DNA of 63,826 nucleotides, counting the filler, from Rhabdomonas costata (Eukaryota): assembly GCA_019059605.1 (NCBI GenBank). It is 35 parts of 35 records of this genome, joined end to end, with 100 filler letters (N's around TTAATTAATTAA, not from the genome) between each part and the next. Parts side by side here need not be neighbours in the genome. Positions count along the whole stretch, not along the records: positions 62,102 to 63,826 come from JAHMHO010010030.1; 34 more parts are not named here. One strand, written 5' to 3'. The position numbers and the translations under genes were made by a program. Positions 63,758 through 63,826 of the stretch are shown in pieces. The notes beneath the pieces were generated by a model. That model saw nothing but the letters and a program-made list of their open reading frames with translations. It ran no database searches and was not told the origin of the DNA. Every line of letters begins with the position of its first letter. The stretch's first letter is position 1.

Positions 63758-63826
63758 ATTTTTGGTGCTTTTGTCGCTTCACTATGTAGAAGGGCCTGTT
63801 CCCAACACCCCCAAACACCCCACACA

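Noticed and set aside
63801-63826. C/A-rich contig ends as telomeric repeats
   Set aside because: No fixed repeat unit, and they occur even mid-gene; they fit primer remnants better.

Overview
This window is not continuous genome. It is 35 unrelated contigs of about 1.73 kb, joined by artificial 100-nt spacers (44 N + TTAATTAATTAA + 44 N), so no synteny can be read across spacers. Most contigs come from an intron-rich eukaryote, probably a protist. They show short GC3-rich exons, canonical GT-AG introns with pyrimidine tracts, and microsatellites. PPDK similarity and CRE-like retroelements are compatible with, but do not prove, a euglenozoan-like host. Recognisable partial genes include PPDK, a PPIL1-type cyclophilin, the RNA polymerase I largest subunit, V-ATPase subunit F, NAP1, MORN, TPR, RRM and IQ proteins, an MFS transporter, two fucosyltransferase-like genes, a Cache-TM-HAMP-like receptor, and a kinesin-like ORF with a destroyed P-loop. 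Two contigs carry decayed CRE-type (RT + restriction-like endonuclease) non-LTR retrotransposons. One contig (58452-60176) is foreign: it is AT-rich and intronless, and it encodes a beta-propeller plus fibre-repeat protein typical of giant-virus/phage fibres. Most contig ends carry G/T-only 5' or A/C-only 3' tails, suggesting whole-genome amplification of a single cell or small sample. All family assignments are from motif recall; no searches were run.
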